Sequence record: NC_022096.1 | DNA length: 64,000 bases | Direction: 5' to 3' (one strand) | Shown here: piece by piece, positions 8,968 through 17,757 of the stretch | Layout of the letters: each line of letters begins with the position of its first letter | Position numbering within the stretch: position 1 is the first letter of the stretch | The notes under the pieces: generated by a model | Told to the model about the DNA's origin: nothing | The model's database searches: none | Seen by the model: the letters and a program-made list of their open reading frames with translations, nothing else | Position numbers and translations under genes: made by a program

Positions 8968-9774
8968 ATGAGTGGATTGACAAGAATCCCGCTCCCGATG
9001 ATCGATCCTGGCGCTGGCGTCGCTAACGACGAGGTGAAATTCAACGGAGAGCGCCTCGAATTGCAAAACCCGGACGACGATACCGATGTCCAGGTCACGG
9101 AAGGTGTGTACGACCCAGAGACAGGCACGTTGACTCTGCGCAAAGCAGACAACTCTGTGCTCAACATTCGCGGCTTCTTGACCAAGGCGAGTGTCGGTGT
9201 AGGCCCCACTGGCCCAACAGGTCCTCAGGGTAAGCCTGGTATCAACGGGCGCAACGGCAAAGATGGTCGCGTAGGTGATCAAGGCTGCGTGGGGCCCAAA
9301 GGTGATCCAGGCCCAGCAGGCCCGACGGGCCCAGCAGGTCCGGGTGGCGGTATCGGTGCTCAGGGCGCTACTGGCCCAACTGGTCCAACTGGTCCGACAG
9401 GCCCTGCTGGACTTGACGGTAAGGCACCAACGTTCGGCGTAGGCGAAGTGGATGCTTACGAGTTCTACGAGAATCACAGCCTTAAATGTTGGGGCCGATT
9501 CACGTCGGAAGATGCGGCAGTTTTCCAGCGCGTCGTATTCCCGGAAGCCTTCGAGCGAGACAAGCCACGGGTCATGCTTCTGCAATTCATCGACCCGAAG
9601 AGCAACGTCAAGAACGCCGTGCGCATCGACCGTATCAACAAAGGCAACGCCGAGTTGAGTGTGGATGCTTCCATGTTGGAGCAAGAATCCGATGGTGAAG
9701 GCGGCACGCGACCTGTAGCTGCTACCGGTTGGGACTTCTACTGGTTCGTCATCGGCAGCGACGCCGACGCATAA
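8968..9774 (+). CDS. Collagen-like tail fibre with C-terminal gp53-like/H-lectin-like tip domain
   Basis: 25 Gly-X-Y triplets; GLTRIP..MI head; C-terminal CWG...VVFPEAF...WFVIG pattern typical of fibre tip domains. Confidence 0.85.
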   Translation: MSGLTRIPLPMIDPGAGVANDEVKFNGERLELQNPDDDTDVQVTEGVYDPETGTLTLRKADNSVLNIRGFLTKASVGVGPTGPTGPQGKPGINGRNGKDGRVGDQGCVGPKGDPGPAGPTGPAGPGGGIGAQGATGPTGPTGPTGPAGLDGKAPTFGVGEVDAYEFYENHSLKCWGRFTSEDAAVFQRVVFPEAFERDKPRVMLLQFIDPKSNVKNAVRIDRINKGNAELSVDASMLEQESDGEGGTRPVAATGWDFYWFVIGSDADA

Positions 9775-9784
9775 GGAGAAAGCT

Positions 9785-10237
9785 ATGGCTTTACCAGCGG
9801 CATACTACCAACTTGTCTATGATGAGAAGACAGGTGACGTGCTGTCGTTCTGGAACCCAATGAGGGGCGAGTGTCCTGACTCGCCTTACATTGAAGTTTC
9901 CCTGGAGGACCACGCTCGCGTACAGCCTGCACCGTTCAAGTTCCGCGTCATCGATAAGCGCCTGGTTGAAGTGAGCGATATACCAAAAGATGAACGTCCG
10001 AAGCGTCCAGCTGTCTCCGAAGCGATCATCGCGGGTCTTGTAATCGACGGCGTGTGCTACGCGCTCGACCCGAAAGCTCTGGCTGTGTTGACGCTCGATC
10101 TGTCCAGAGGCTCCAAGACCTGCAGGGCAATCGCCCACACTCCGACAGGAAACCAACTGGTAACCCTGCCAAAGGAAGATGCCAAGAACGTAGCCTCGAT
10201 GATAGCCGACCACTTGGTGGCTCTACATTGTGGATAA
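9785..10237 (+). CDS. Putative tail-fibre assembly chaperone
   Basis: Directly follows a fibre-tip gene; N-terminal YDEKTG.V..F and IEVS.E.H pattern resembles Tfa-type chaperones. Confidence 0.5.
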   Translation: MALPAAYYQLVYDEKTGDVLSFWNPMRGECPDSPYIEVSLEDHARVQPAPFKFRVIDKRLVEVSDIPKDERPKRPAVSEAIIAGLVIDGVCYALDPKALAVLTLDLSRGSKTCRAIAHTPTGNQLVTLPKEDAKNVASMIADHLVALHCG

Positions 10238-10268
10238 TTTACTCGCAGTGTACATCGAGGTGTGAACC

Positions 10269-11090
10269 ATGTCTCTTCCTACTAGCAGGCTTATCCAGGC
10301 CGCCGTGGATCGCGGCCTGACTGTGGCCACGCCCGTTCTTCTCACCATGGACGGGCCGGAACACATTCGCGTAAACGTCATCATCAGCCACGCGGAGCCC
10401 GTCTCTGTCGTGGCTCCTTTGGACTTGCTGTGGATTAACCCTGACACAGGCACTCCGCTGCGCCGTGTCAGTCGTGCCCAGTCGCAAGACTTCGTGCATA
10501 CCTGGGAAGTCGCGGACGAGACATCGTTCTGGTTGGCTCAATCCTGGGATGAACCACGACCGAACGACCAAGACTTTCAGGAGCTCAACCGAAACATCGG
10601 CAACACGCACGGGCTGATCCTGGCCGATATCGGCGCGCTCGGTGTTGAAGGTGGAGACCTGACAGGACCATTGCGTCCACGAGTCTTGGAAGTCGGAGAC
10701 GACTACGCACCTACGGAAGCGGTACCTCGCTCGTTCGTCGAAAAGCTGACCATGGCGGCGCAAAGCCTAGCAGCTTCGGTTAGCCAACAGCTCACCAGCC
10801 TGCGTAACCAAGTTACGTCTGTGCGAAACCGCGTGACGGTAGTCGAAGACGAGTTGGAAAACATCCAGCTCGGTGACGGCACGCCACGATACAAACATGA
10901 CCAAGTGGAACCCTCACTTGAGTGGATCATCGTTCACAACCTACACGTACCGGACGTCACAGTTCGTGCCGTGCGGGAAGATGGGACGCTGATGATTCCA
11001 GCCACGGAAACAATGATCGATGAAGATACGCTGCGCCTGACGTTTGCCGAAGCTCGCCAGGGACGCGCCGTGATTCTCGGCATAAGGTGA
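10269..11090 (+). CDS. Virion protein with short coiled coil and C-terminal W-x-I-x-H-N-L module
   Basis: GGDLTGPL fibre motif, heptad stretch (LAASVSQQLTSLRNQV), C-terminal EWIIVHNL...G.AVI module. Confidence 0.7.
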   Translation: MSLPTSRLIQAAVDRGLTVATPVLLTMDGPEHIRVNVIISHAEPVSVVAPLDLLWINPDTGTPLRRVSRAQSQDFVHTWEVADETSFWLAQSWDEPRPNDQDFQELNRNIGNTHGLILADIGALGVEGGDLTGPLRPRVLEVGDDYAPTEAVPRSFVEKLTMAAQSLAASVSQQLTSLRNQVTSVRNRVTVVEDELENIQLGDGTPRYKHDQVEPSLEWIIVHNLHVPDVTVRAVREDGTLMIPATETMIDEDTLRLTFAEARQGRAVILGIR

Positions 11091-11095
11091 CGAAC

Positions 11096-11956
11096 ATGAG
11101 AAGGCTTTTGGCGATAGGCTCGCTAATTTACTGCGTAATGGCAAATGCCCAAAGCCTTTTGGTTGTGCAGTCGGCAACGGTCAATGACCTGTACGGCAAC
11201 ACGATCATCGCAAAGATTCTTGAAGACCAAAACGGCAGTGTCGACCACATTGCCGTCTTCAACGCTCGGCAGTTCACGCATGATCGCTCGGCACACTCGC
11301 GGGAAATCCTGTCAAAGGTTTTGCGCACGTATGTCGAGCACTCAAAGCCGAGCGCCCTTCTGTTTCTCGGAGAGCCAATCGTGGACGTCGGGATTCCAAC
11401 TCAGTACAGCTCTGTGCTGATAGGTTCCACGTCATTTAACACAACGGCCCTCAAGGCAGCTTCCATCTACAACAAGCACTGGTCACCTGTTTACGTCATA
11501 AGCGACAACTCCGTGTTGGCGAACCTTCGCTTGCAGGAGCTGCGCCGACAACTCGATGGCATCGAGCTGGACGTGACTACGGTGTCAACGGTTATCGAGT
11601 ATCGGCAAGCGTTGCTTGACCTGCAAGATCAACCAAAAGGCACCCTGGTGCTGAACGCCTTTAGCTTGTTGGATGAGTGGCAAGACTCTGTGGGATTCGC
11701 CGAAATCGAAAACCTTCTGGTTAAGACAAATCGGCGTCACGTGGATGTAGGTATTTGTCGAAACGGGTTTAAGACGACTCTGGCTATCGGGCCGACGCCT
11801 GCAGAGGCGGCAGCTCTGGCTACTGCGCCATACTCCCAAGCATCAAACTCCCACATCAGCTCGTGTGCAAACCTGTCCCGTGTCGTACCAAAGTGGCTGG
11901 GGTTATACCGCGCAACGATGGGCAAATACGACATAGTGGAAGGCGGCAACCAATGA
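11096..11956 (+). CDS. Secreted protein, periplasmic-binding-protein-like (ABC_sub_bind-type alpha/beta pattern)
   Basis: SD (AAGGT) before ATG 11096; Sec-type signal MRRLLAIGSLIYCVMANA|QS; alternating beta-alpha pattern (LLVVQS, PSALLFLG, VYVISDNS, TLVLNA) reminiscent of type I periplasmic binding folds. Confidence 0.55.
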   Translation: MRRLLAIGSLIYCVMANAQSLLVVQSATVNDLYGNTIIAKILEDQNGSVDHIAVFNARQFTHDRSAHSREILSKVLRTYVEHSKPSALLFLGEPIVDVGIPTQYSSVLIGSTSFNTTALKAASIYNKHWSPVYVISDNSVLANLRLQELRRQLDGIELDVTTVSTVIEYRQALLDLQDQPKGTLVLNAFSLLDEWQDSVGFAEIENLLVKTNRRHVDVGICRNGFKTTLAIGPTPAEAAALATAPYSQASNSHISSCANLSRVVPKWLGLYRATMGKYDIVEGGNQ

Positions 11957-12237
11957 TCCGACCCTCACATTCGACCATATCGCGTATCGTCATTCTTGCC
12001 CTTTTGGCTGCGGTAGCTTTCATCTTCGTGAAGTACAGCTCCCGTAGTGACAACCGCGAAGCAATCGTATACTCCTCCTTGCAGTGCGTTCAAAGCGTCT
12101 GCGTGGAGAACAAGGCTACCGGAGAGATTTGCTCCTACAGGGAGCCGAGAATTTCCGAGATTCTTATTGAGACGGACAAAGACAACGCCAACGTCAGAAA
12201 CATAAGAGTTATACCGAGCGATGACCGATGCCAATGA
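11953..12237 (+). CDS. Small membrane-anchored protein with 4-Cys exported domain
   Basis: ATGA overlap at 11953; hydrophobic IVILALLAAVAFIFV; four Cys in the C-terminal part. Confidence 0.65.
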   Translation: MIRPSHSTISRIVILALLAAVAFIFVKYSSRSDNREAIVYSSLQCVQSVCVENKATGEICSYREPRISEILIETDKDNANVRNIRVIPSDDRCQ

Positions 12238-12246
12238 GGCTGCTCA

Positions 12247-12798
12247 ATGGACTCCATAAACACCATTTTCAGTAGCCCGCTGCCTGTCGCAATTTCTGCT
12301 GTGATTGCGGTTGCGTGCCTAGCCGGCTACTGGTTCTTCGTTATCCCGCTGCTGGACGAGGTCAAAACTCTGCGTGAGACCAACTCCTCGATGCAGCAAA
12401 AGATGGGCGACGAATTTGAACTGCAAAAGGCGAACGTCCAACGCTTCATGCAAGAGTTGGCAGCCAGCCTGCAAAGTCAGCAAAACATCACCGAACTTGT
12501 CTCGACCGTAAGTTCCTTGAAGCTGGCGGTTGAACATCAAACAACCGCACTGAGTGGAAGCCTTGAACGCATGTTCGAGGACGTTCAGGAAGCATTAGAA
12601 CGTCTCACCAGTGCCCTAAATCAAACGTCTGAGACCTCGACCCGTAAACACGATGAAATCCGGCGTGAAGTCGAACGCCTGGGTCGATTGCTTGAACAAC
12701 TGACCCGCCAAGTTGCGGACATCAGTGACAAGCAGAGTCAAGTCGCTGGCGTGTTGACAGGTATGTCTATCGCTAAAAACATGAATCGAGGTCTGTAG
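12247..12798 (+). CDS. Single-pass membrane protein with long coiled coil
   Basis: TM segment VAISAVIAVACLAGYWFFVI followed by ~140 aa of heptad-rich helix. Confidence 0.7.
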   Translation: MDSINTIFSSPLPVAISAVIAVACLAGYWFFVIPLLDEVKTLRETNSSMQQKMGDEFELQKANVQRFMQELAASLQSQQNITELVSTVSSLKLAVEHQTTALSGSLERMFEDVQEALERLTSALNQTSETSTRKHDEIRREVERLGRLLEQLTRQVADISDKQSQVAGVLTGMSIAKNMNRGL

Positions 12799-12808
12799 GA
12801 ATACCAAC

Positions 12809-13600
12809 ATGGCCTATGTGCTCAACAACATACGGTTTCGATCTGTCAGTTCAAAGGCGCTGGAGAGGTACTACAACTCCAAGTCGTTCATCCTGAATGT
12901 CCTGATCGACGAACAAAGACAGTTCAGCCAAGTAGCCCGCGAAATCCTGCTGCTGTTTTTCAACAGCTATTCGGACTGGGCTATCAAGGTGGAGAGCCTG
13001 TTGTTGAACCGAAGCGTTTTGGAGGAGACGGACCTCAAGATCATCTTCCAGCGCTTCGGTGAAGTAGTCGAATCCAACAAGAGCATTTTCACCATTCACG
13101 GTGACGTGTTTTTGCCGCAGTTCGTAGACGTTTGGGGTGCTGTGCATAAGCACGTGCCTCTGAACTTCAAGCGCAAGGTTCGGCAAACGGTGGGCCTCTC
13201 TCAGCTTGAGGCCTATCCGCTTATCATCGATGCGTTGGTCGATGCCCTTCAATCCACGCTGTACGAGCTGTACGAAGTGGACTGCCTTCTAGGGTCTAAC
13301 CTGGTGGGCAACAAGATCAGCACCAACGCGTCCATGCAGGACAACCTGATCACGTACATTGACGATGGTGACCTGGAATATTACCGAGCCACTGGGGTCT
13401 TCATCGCCAAAGAGAGAATCACTCACTACTTGGACACGGTAATCCTGCCGGACATCGTTGTCCCTGTGGTCGTGAAAAACTACACGGAAGAAAAAATTGC
13501 GTTGAAAAACGGCTTGGTAGTTGGGGATCAGCCATTCGCACGGCTGCTAACCGACATGTTAGAAAACCCCCGCATTAAAATCGTTGAGATCGCATCCTGA
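12809..13600 (+). CDS. Hypothetical, mostly alpha-helical protein
   Basis: 263-aa ORF with an AGGA SD, tightly packed; no motif recognised. Confidence 0.65.
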   Translation: MAYVLNNIRFRSVSSKALERYYNSKSFILNVLIDEQRQFSQVAREILLLFFNSYSDWAIKVESLLLNRSVLEETDLKIIFQRFGEVVESNKSIFTIHGDVFLPQFVDVWGAVHKHVPLNFKRKVRQTVGLSQLEAYPLIIDALVDALQSTLYELYEVDCLLGSNLVGNKISTNASMQDNLITYIDDGDLEYYRATGVFIAKERITHYLDTVILPDIVVPVVVKNYTEEKIALKNGLVVGDQPFARLLTDMLENPRIKIVEIAS

Positions 13601-13616
13601 TCCTGGAGTAATCAAC

Positions 13617-15299
13617 ATGCTCAAGAATGGCAACATCACGCTGGTTGGCGAGATTCGTGGCCTCAAGCCGCAGCGCCTGGCAGCAGACCCCACTGGTGGT
13701 GACCTCAAGGAAGGTCTGGTCTGGGTCAACACTACCGACAAAGCCCTGAAGTGGTACGACGGCACCCAGACCCTCACCATCGCCACTGGCGGCGCACTGG
13801 ACGAATACCTGTCGCTGGCCGGCGGCACCATGACCGGCCCGCTGGTTCTCGCCGCAGACGCAGCCAACCCGCTCGAAGCTACTCCGCTGCAACAAGTCGA
13901 GTCGCTGGTGGGTGCGAAGCAGGACACCATCACCGGTGCTGCTACTACCATCACCAGCGCCGATCTGACCGTCAGTCGTGCCATCGTCTCCGACGAAAAC
14001 GGCAAGGTCGCAGTATCCGCAGTCACTGCCGTCGAACTCGCCCACCTGAGCGGCGTGACCGACAACGTGCAGACGCAGATCGACCTCAAGCAGGATGATC
14101 TGGGCTACGTTCCGGTGAACAAGGCTGGCGATGCGCTGACCGGTGACCTGAACTTCGGCGGCACCAGCACGCTGAAAAACCTGGCTGCACCTGTCGATCC
14201 GACCGATGCCGTGCGTCTCATCGACATCGACAACCTGAAAGCTGACCTCGACTTCCAGGCTGACGTGCTGGCTGTCCAGCTGGATGACACGCTGGTTCCG
14301 ACCGAAGACCCGCTGCCGGATGCCCAGGTACGCTACATCGTCACTGACGCAGCCAACCTGAACGTCGCGTTCGGTACTATCGCTGGCCTGGAAGATGGCG
14401 ACATCATCCAGAAGTCCGGTGCGGACTTCGTGGTTGCCTATGATGTGTCCGTCAAAGGTCCGGGCGCTCTTGTCTGGGATCGTGGCGTCGGCAAGTTCAT
14501 GAAGTACGACGGCACCAACTGGACCGAACACGGCGGCCTGAGCGGCGTTACCGTATCGGCCGGTCTGCTCAAAGAAGGCAACACCATCAGCGTCAAGTTC
14601 GGTGCCGGTGTCGCCAACCTGCCGACTGGCGAAGTGGGTATCGATGTTCGTCCAGACAAAGGTCTGGAACTCGTCGATCCGACCACTGGTGACGCTTCGA
14701 CTGCCAGTGACGCCGTACTGGGCGTTAAAGTCGGTGCTTCCCTCGATGTCGGTGCCGGTGGCATCATCGTCAAGGCTGCCGGCGTGAACGAAACCCATCT
14801 GGCGACCAGCGTTGCCGGTCAGGGCCTCGAAGGCGGTGAAGGTACTGCGCTGACCGTCAAGCTCGACGGCACCACTCTCGTCAAGTCTGCAAACGGCCTG
14901 GCTCTGGGTGACATCAGCGCTACCTACCTGAAGCTCGACACTGCGTCGACCATCACCGCTCAAGTGGCGGTCCCGGCTCCGACTGCTGACGCCAGCATCG
15001 CCAACAAGCTGTACGCTGACCAAGGCGACCAGGCGAACGCGGATGCAATCGGCGACCTGTCGACCCGCGTCGATGCCAACCAGTTCGTGTTCGATGGCAC
15101 TGCCGGTGTTGCTCAAGACACCTACAGCATCAACCACAACCTGGGCAACAAGTACGCCGTAGTCGCTGTGTACGACGAAAGCGATGCTCAAATCCTGCCG
15201 GACACCGTCACGCTGACCGACGCCAACAACCTGACTGTCACTCTGGCGACTGCGCAGAAAGTGCGCGTCGTGATCAACGGGAAGAAGGCAGCCGCGTAA
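13617..15299 (+). CDS. Abundant virion fibre (head/tail fibre shaft) protein
   Basis: GGAG SD before ATG 13617; strong C-ending codon bias; repeats YLSLAGGTMTGPL / VNKAGDALTGDL, ELAHLSGVTDNVQTQ, AG.GL spiral-like repeats; C-terminal INHNLG module. Confidence 0.8.
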   Translation: MLKNGNITLVGEIRGLKPQRLAADPTGGDLKEGLVWVNTTDKALKWYDGTQTLTIATGGALDEYLSLAGGTMTGPLVLAADAANPLEATPLQQVESLVGAKQDTITGAATTITSADLTVSRAIVSDENGKVAVSAVTAVELAHLSGVTDNVQTQIDLKQDDLGYVPVNKAGDALTGDLNFGGTSTLKNLAAPVDPTDAVRLIDIDNLKADLDFQADVLAVQLDDTLVPTEDPLPDAQVRYIVTDAANLNVAFGTIAGLEDGDIIQKSGADFVVAYDVSVKGPGALVWDRGVGKFMKYDGTNWTEHGGLSGVTVSAGLLKEGNTISVKFGAGVANLPTGEVGIDVRPDKGLELVDPTTGDASTASDAVLGVKVGASLDVGAGGIIVKAAGVNETHLATSVAGQGLEGGEGTALTVKLDGTTLVKSANGLALGDISATYLKLDTASTITAQVAVPAPTADASIANKLYADQGDQANADAIGDLSTRVDANQFVFDGTAGVAQDTYSINHNLGNKYAVVAVYDESDAQILPDTVTLTDANNLTVTLATAQKVRVVINGKKAAA

Positions 15300-15315
15300 A
15301 CCCAAGGGGGCCTAA

Positions 15316-15915
15316 ATGCAAATCAACGGCAGCCTCGATCTGATGGGCAATGTCCTGAAGAACGTAGCCCTGGAGCCCGTTGAATCTTGGCCGCTTGAAC
15401 CAAAGCCGGGTACCTTCATCTTCAAAGGCAAGCGTATCTACATTTGCCTAGAAATCAATGATGGTGTCCCGGTCTGGTTGCCGATGAGCACTGAACTGCA
15501 CACCCACGTACACGACCAATTCATTGCGTCGTCTACGTGGGAAATCGACCATAGCCTGCAAACCGCTGGCTGTATCGTGCAGGTGCTCAGTGGCGATAAC
15601 AAAGCGATTGAGTTCGACGAGGTTGACTTCACCTTCAACCACGCCACAATTCACTTTGCCGAGCCGCAAGCTGGTCGTGCAATTCTCATCATGGGCTCCA
15701 CTGAAGGTCTTCCACGACCAACAGTCGCCTTCGAGCAGACGTTCACTGATCAACAGGTGTGGGTAATCAACCACATGCTGGGCTACCCGCCAATCGTGCG
15801 CTGCTTCGTCGGTAATCTGGAGATTCAACCCTCCAGCTTGGTACATGACGAGAACTTCACCCAGAGTATCGCCTCTTTCAGTAGTCCGATTTCGGGCAGG
15901 GTGCGGTGCGTATGA
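15316..15915 (+). CDS. Virion protein with two W-x-I-x-H-x-L modules
   Basis: STWEIDHSL...GRAILI and QVWVINHML...GRVRCV. Confidence 0.7.
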   Translation: MQINGSLDLMGNVLKNVALEPVESWPLEPKPGTFIFKGKRIYICLEINDGVPVWLPMSTELHTHVHDQFIASSTWEIDHSLQTAGCIVQVLSGDNKAIEFDEVDFTFNHATIHFAEPQAGRAILIMGSTEGLPRPTVAFEQTFTDQQVWVINHMLGYPPIVRCFVGNLEIQPSSLVHDENFTQSIASFSSPISGRVRCV

Positions 15916-16124
15916 CGAATCGGCATGAGCACGATCAACCCATTCCTTCTCAGGTTTGGGAAGTTCACCACAACCTCTTCACTCGGGCACCTGTCGTTGA
16001 CGCTTGGGTTGAGATTGAAGGCCAGATGCAAAAGATTCAGCCAATGGCTGTAAAGGTCATCGATCAAAACCAGTGCAACATCGAGTGGTCCGTGCCAAGA
16101 GCCGGTAAAGCAGGAGTCGCCTGA
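15912..16124 (+). CDS. Small virion protein, single W-x-V-x-H-N-L module
   Basis: ATGA overlap at 15912; QVWEVHHNL...GKAGVA. Confidence 0.7.
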   Translation: MTNRHEHDQPIPSQVWEVHHNLFTRAPVVDAWVEIEGQMQKIQPMAVKVIDQNQCNIEWSVPRAGKAGVA

Positions 16125-16684
16125 TGCTTACTGATGGACTTACTCTGGCCGCTGGCTCTGGGTTGGGCATCAAGATGCTCGACGACGCCCGCCGCGGCCC
16201 AGCTTTTCCCGCAGGTGCAAACGGTGACCTGTGGGAACTCACGCAACAATCTGGAAACGACGGCCCTGGGATTTACGAGTTCTTCAACGGCTCGTGGATT
16301 CTTCGCAATCCTGCGTTCAGTGCGCTGTCGTATGATCTGTCGGGTACCGTCCTCGGACGTCCCGATCCCGGCGCGAAAGTGCTGTACTCCGTAGCAGCTC
16401 GGACGTTCTATATCCAAGCTGCGATGGCAGGCGCAGTGGCTCACGCATTGCAACCGAGCAGCACAGAGCAGGTGTACACCGTGCTCGTTACTCGGGGGCT
16501 GGAAACCATCGCCATAGGTTCGTTTACGTTCTCTCAAGGCGCCGAAGCAGGAGTGTTCACCCCGGCAAGTTCGGAACCCATCCGAATCCAACGTGGTGAC
16601 GTTATTCTGGTCACGGCACCTGATGTAATCGATCAAAACCTGGCGGACATTTCGTTCACCTTGTGTGGATACCTCTCAGTCTAA
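16124..16684 (+). CDS. Virion structural protein
   Basis: TGATG overlap; P....NGDLWELT fibre-type motif; C-terminal jelly-roll-like strands ending ADISFTLCG. Confidence 0.6.
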   Translation: MLTDGLTLAAGSGLGIKMLDDARRGPAFPAGANGDLWELTQQSGNDGPGIYEFFNGSWILRNPAFSALSYDLSGTVLGRPDPGAKVLYSVAARTFYIQAAMAGAVAHALQPSSTEQVYTVLVTRGLETIAIGSFTFSQGAEAGVFTPASSEPIRIQRGDVILVTAPDVIDQNLADISFTLCGYLSV

Positions 16685-16696
16685 CGGAGACTTCTT

Positions 16697-17689
16697 ATGG
16701 CTGGTAAAATGATCAAGCGTACCAAACTCGCAGGTCTGGGCGCTGTCGCAACTCAACTGTTCCTCGACCTGAAAGAAGCTGGCCTGACTCAAGTCCTGCC
16801 TGCGACTGGTCAAAACTTCACGCTGGCTTCCGGTGCCGGCAAGTTCGTCATGGACTCCTCGCTGACCGTCAACCCGAAGCACGCTACCCAACCGTGGCGT
16901 ATGCTGGTCGACGTGAGCGGCGCCACTGGCGGTGCTGGTCAAATCAAGATCGCCTTCGCCAACCCGGAGCAGATCAGCAATGCCGGTGCTACCTCGTCCT
17001 TCCCTGGCAGCGTCGATACCAACGGTGCTCGCATCATGGGGCAACTGGGTGCTGCCTGGAACAAAGCATCCAGCTCGGCACTGGGCGATGTGTTCGTCAA
17101 CCGCAGCATCGCCAACCAGACCTTCGACGCCGGTACCACGATCAGCTACGTGCTGACTGCCACCGAACGCGGTATCGCCTTCTTCATCTGGGACGAAGCC
17201 AGCGATGCCTCTCCGAAGTTCTCGTGGTTCCTGGTGCAGAGCGCTGTCAACAAGGACACCGGCGCTCCGCGCGTCGATGAACTGAGCCCGATCTTCTGCG
17301 TCTACTCCTGCGACGCGCAACAGCCGCAGAAGTTCGTGATCAGCGAATCCGACATCTTCCGTCCGACCGTATCCAAGCCGGCCGACGAAGACAGCATCGA
17401 CAGCGCTGCGATCCTGAACTCCAAGCAGCAGGTCGCCATCGCCATCGGCAACAAGTACCTGGTGACCTTCCCGAATCGTCTGAACACGGATCGTTACGCC
17501 TACACCGACGAGCTGGACATGATCGCCTACACCAGCGCCGACGTTATCTCGGAAGACTCCGAAATCCCGGTGCGTCCGTACGGTGAGTCCGTGGATCGCG
17601 TGTACCGCGCGTTCAAGGCCAACGGCGCCAACAACACCGGTATGCGTCTGCTGATGCTCGTAGAAGGCGGCGGCATCGACGCGGTCTAA
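16697..17689 (+). CDS. Highly expressed virion structural protein
   Basis: GGAG SD; extreme C-ending codon bias; followed by a strong terminator. Specific role not recognised. Confidence 0.65.
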   Translation: MAGKMIKRTKLAGLGAVATQLFLDLKEAGLTQVLPATGQNFTLASGAGKFVMDSSLTVNPKHATQPWRMLVDVSGATGGAGQIKIAFANPEQISNAGATSSFPGSVDTNGARIMGQLGAAWNKASSSALGDVFVNRSIANQTFDAGTTISYVLTATERGIAFFIWDEASDASPKFSWFLVQSAVNKDTGAPRVDELSPIFCVYSCDAQQPQKFVISESDIFRPTVSKPADEDSIDSAAILNSKQQVAIAIGNKYLVTFPNRLNTDRYAYTDELDMIAYTSADVISEDSEIPVRPYGESVDRVYRAFKANGANNTGMRLLMLVEGGGIDAV

Positions 17690-17703
17690 GACCGGGTAAC
17701 TCC

Positions 17704-17745
17704 AAAAGGGGCTAAGGTCTAGGACTTTAGTCCCTTTTTCGTTTC
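17704..17745 (+). terminator. Intrinsic terminator
   Basis: AAAAGGGGCTAAGGTC-TAG-GACTTTAGTCCCTTTT stem followed by TCGTTTC, just after the stop at 17689. Confidence 0.75.
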
Positions 17746-17757
17746 TGGAGCCACGAT

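Noticed and set aside
13575-15305. 576-aa minus-strand ORF (and similar long antisense ORFs at 5146-6297, 6427-8178, 16676-18046, 52451-53767)
   Set aside because: These are shadows of strongly codon-biased genes on the opposite strand. They have no SD context or recognisable motifs and run against the block orientation.
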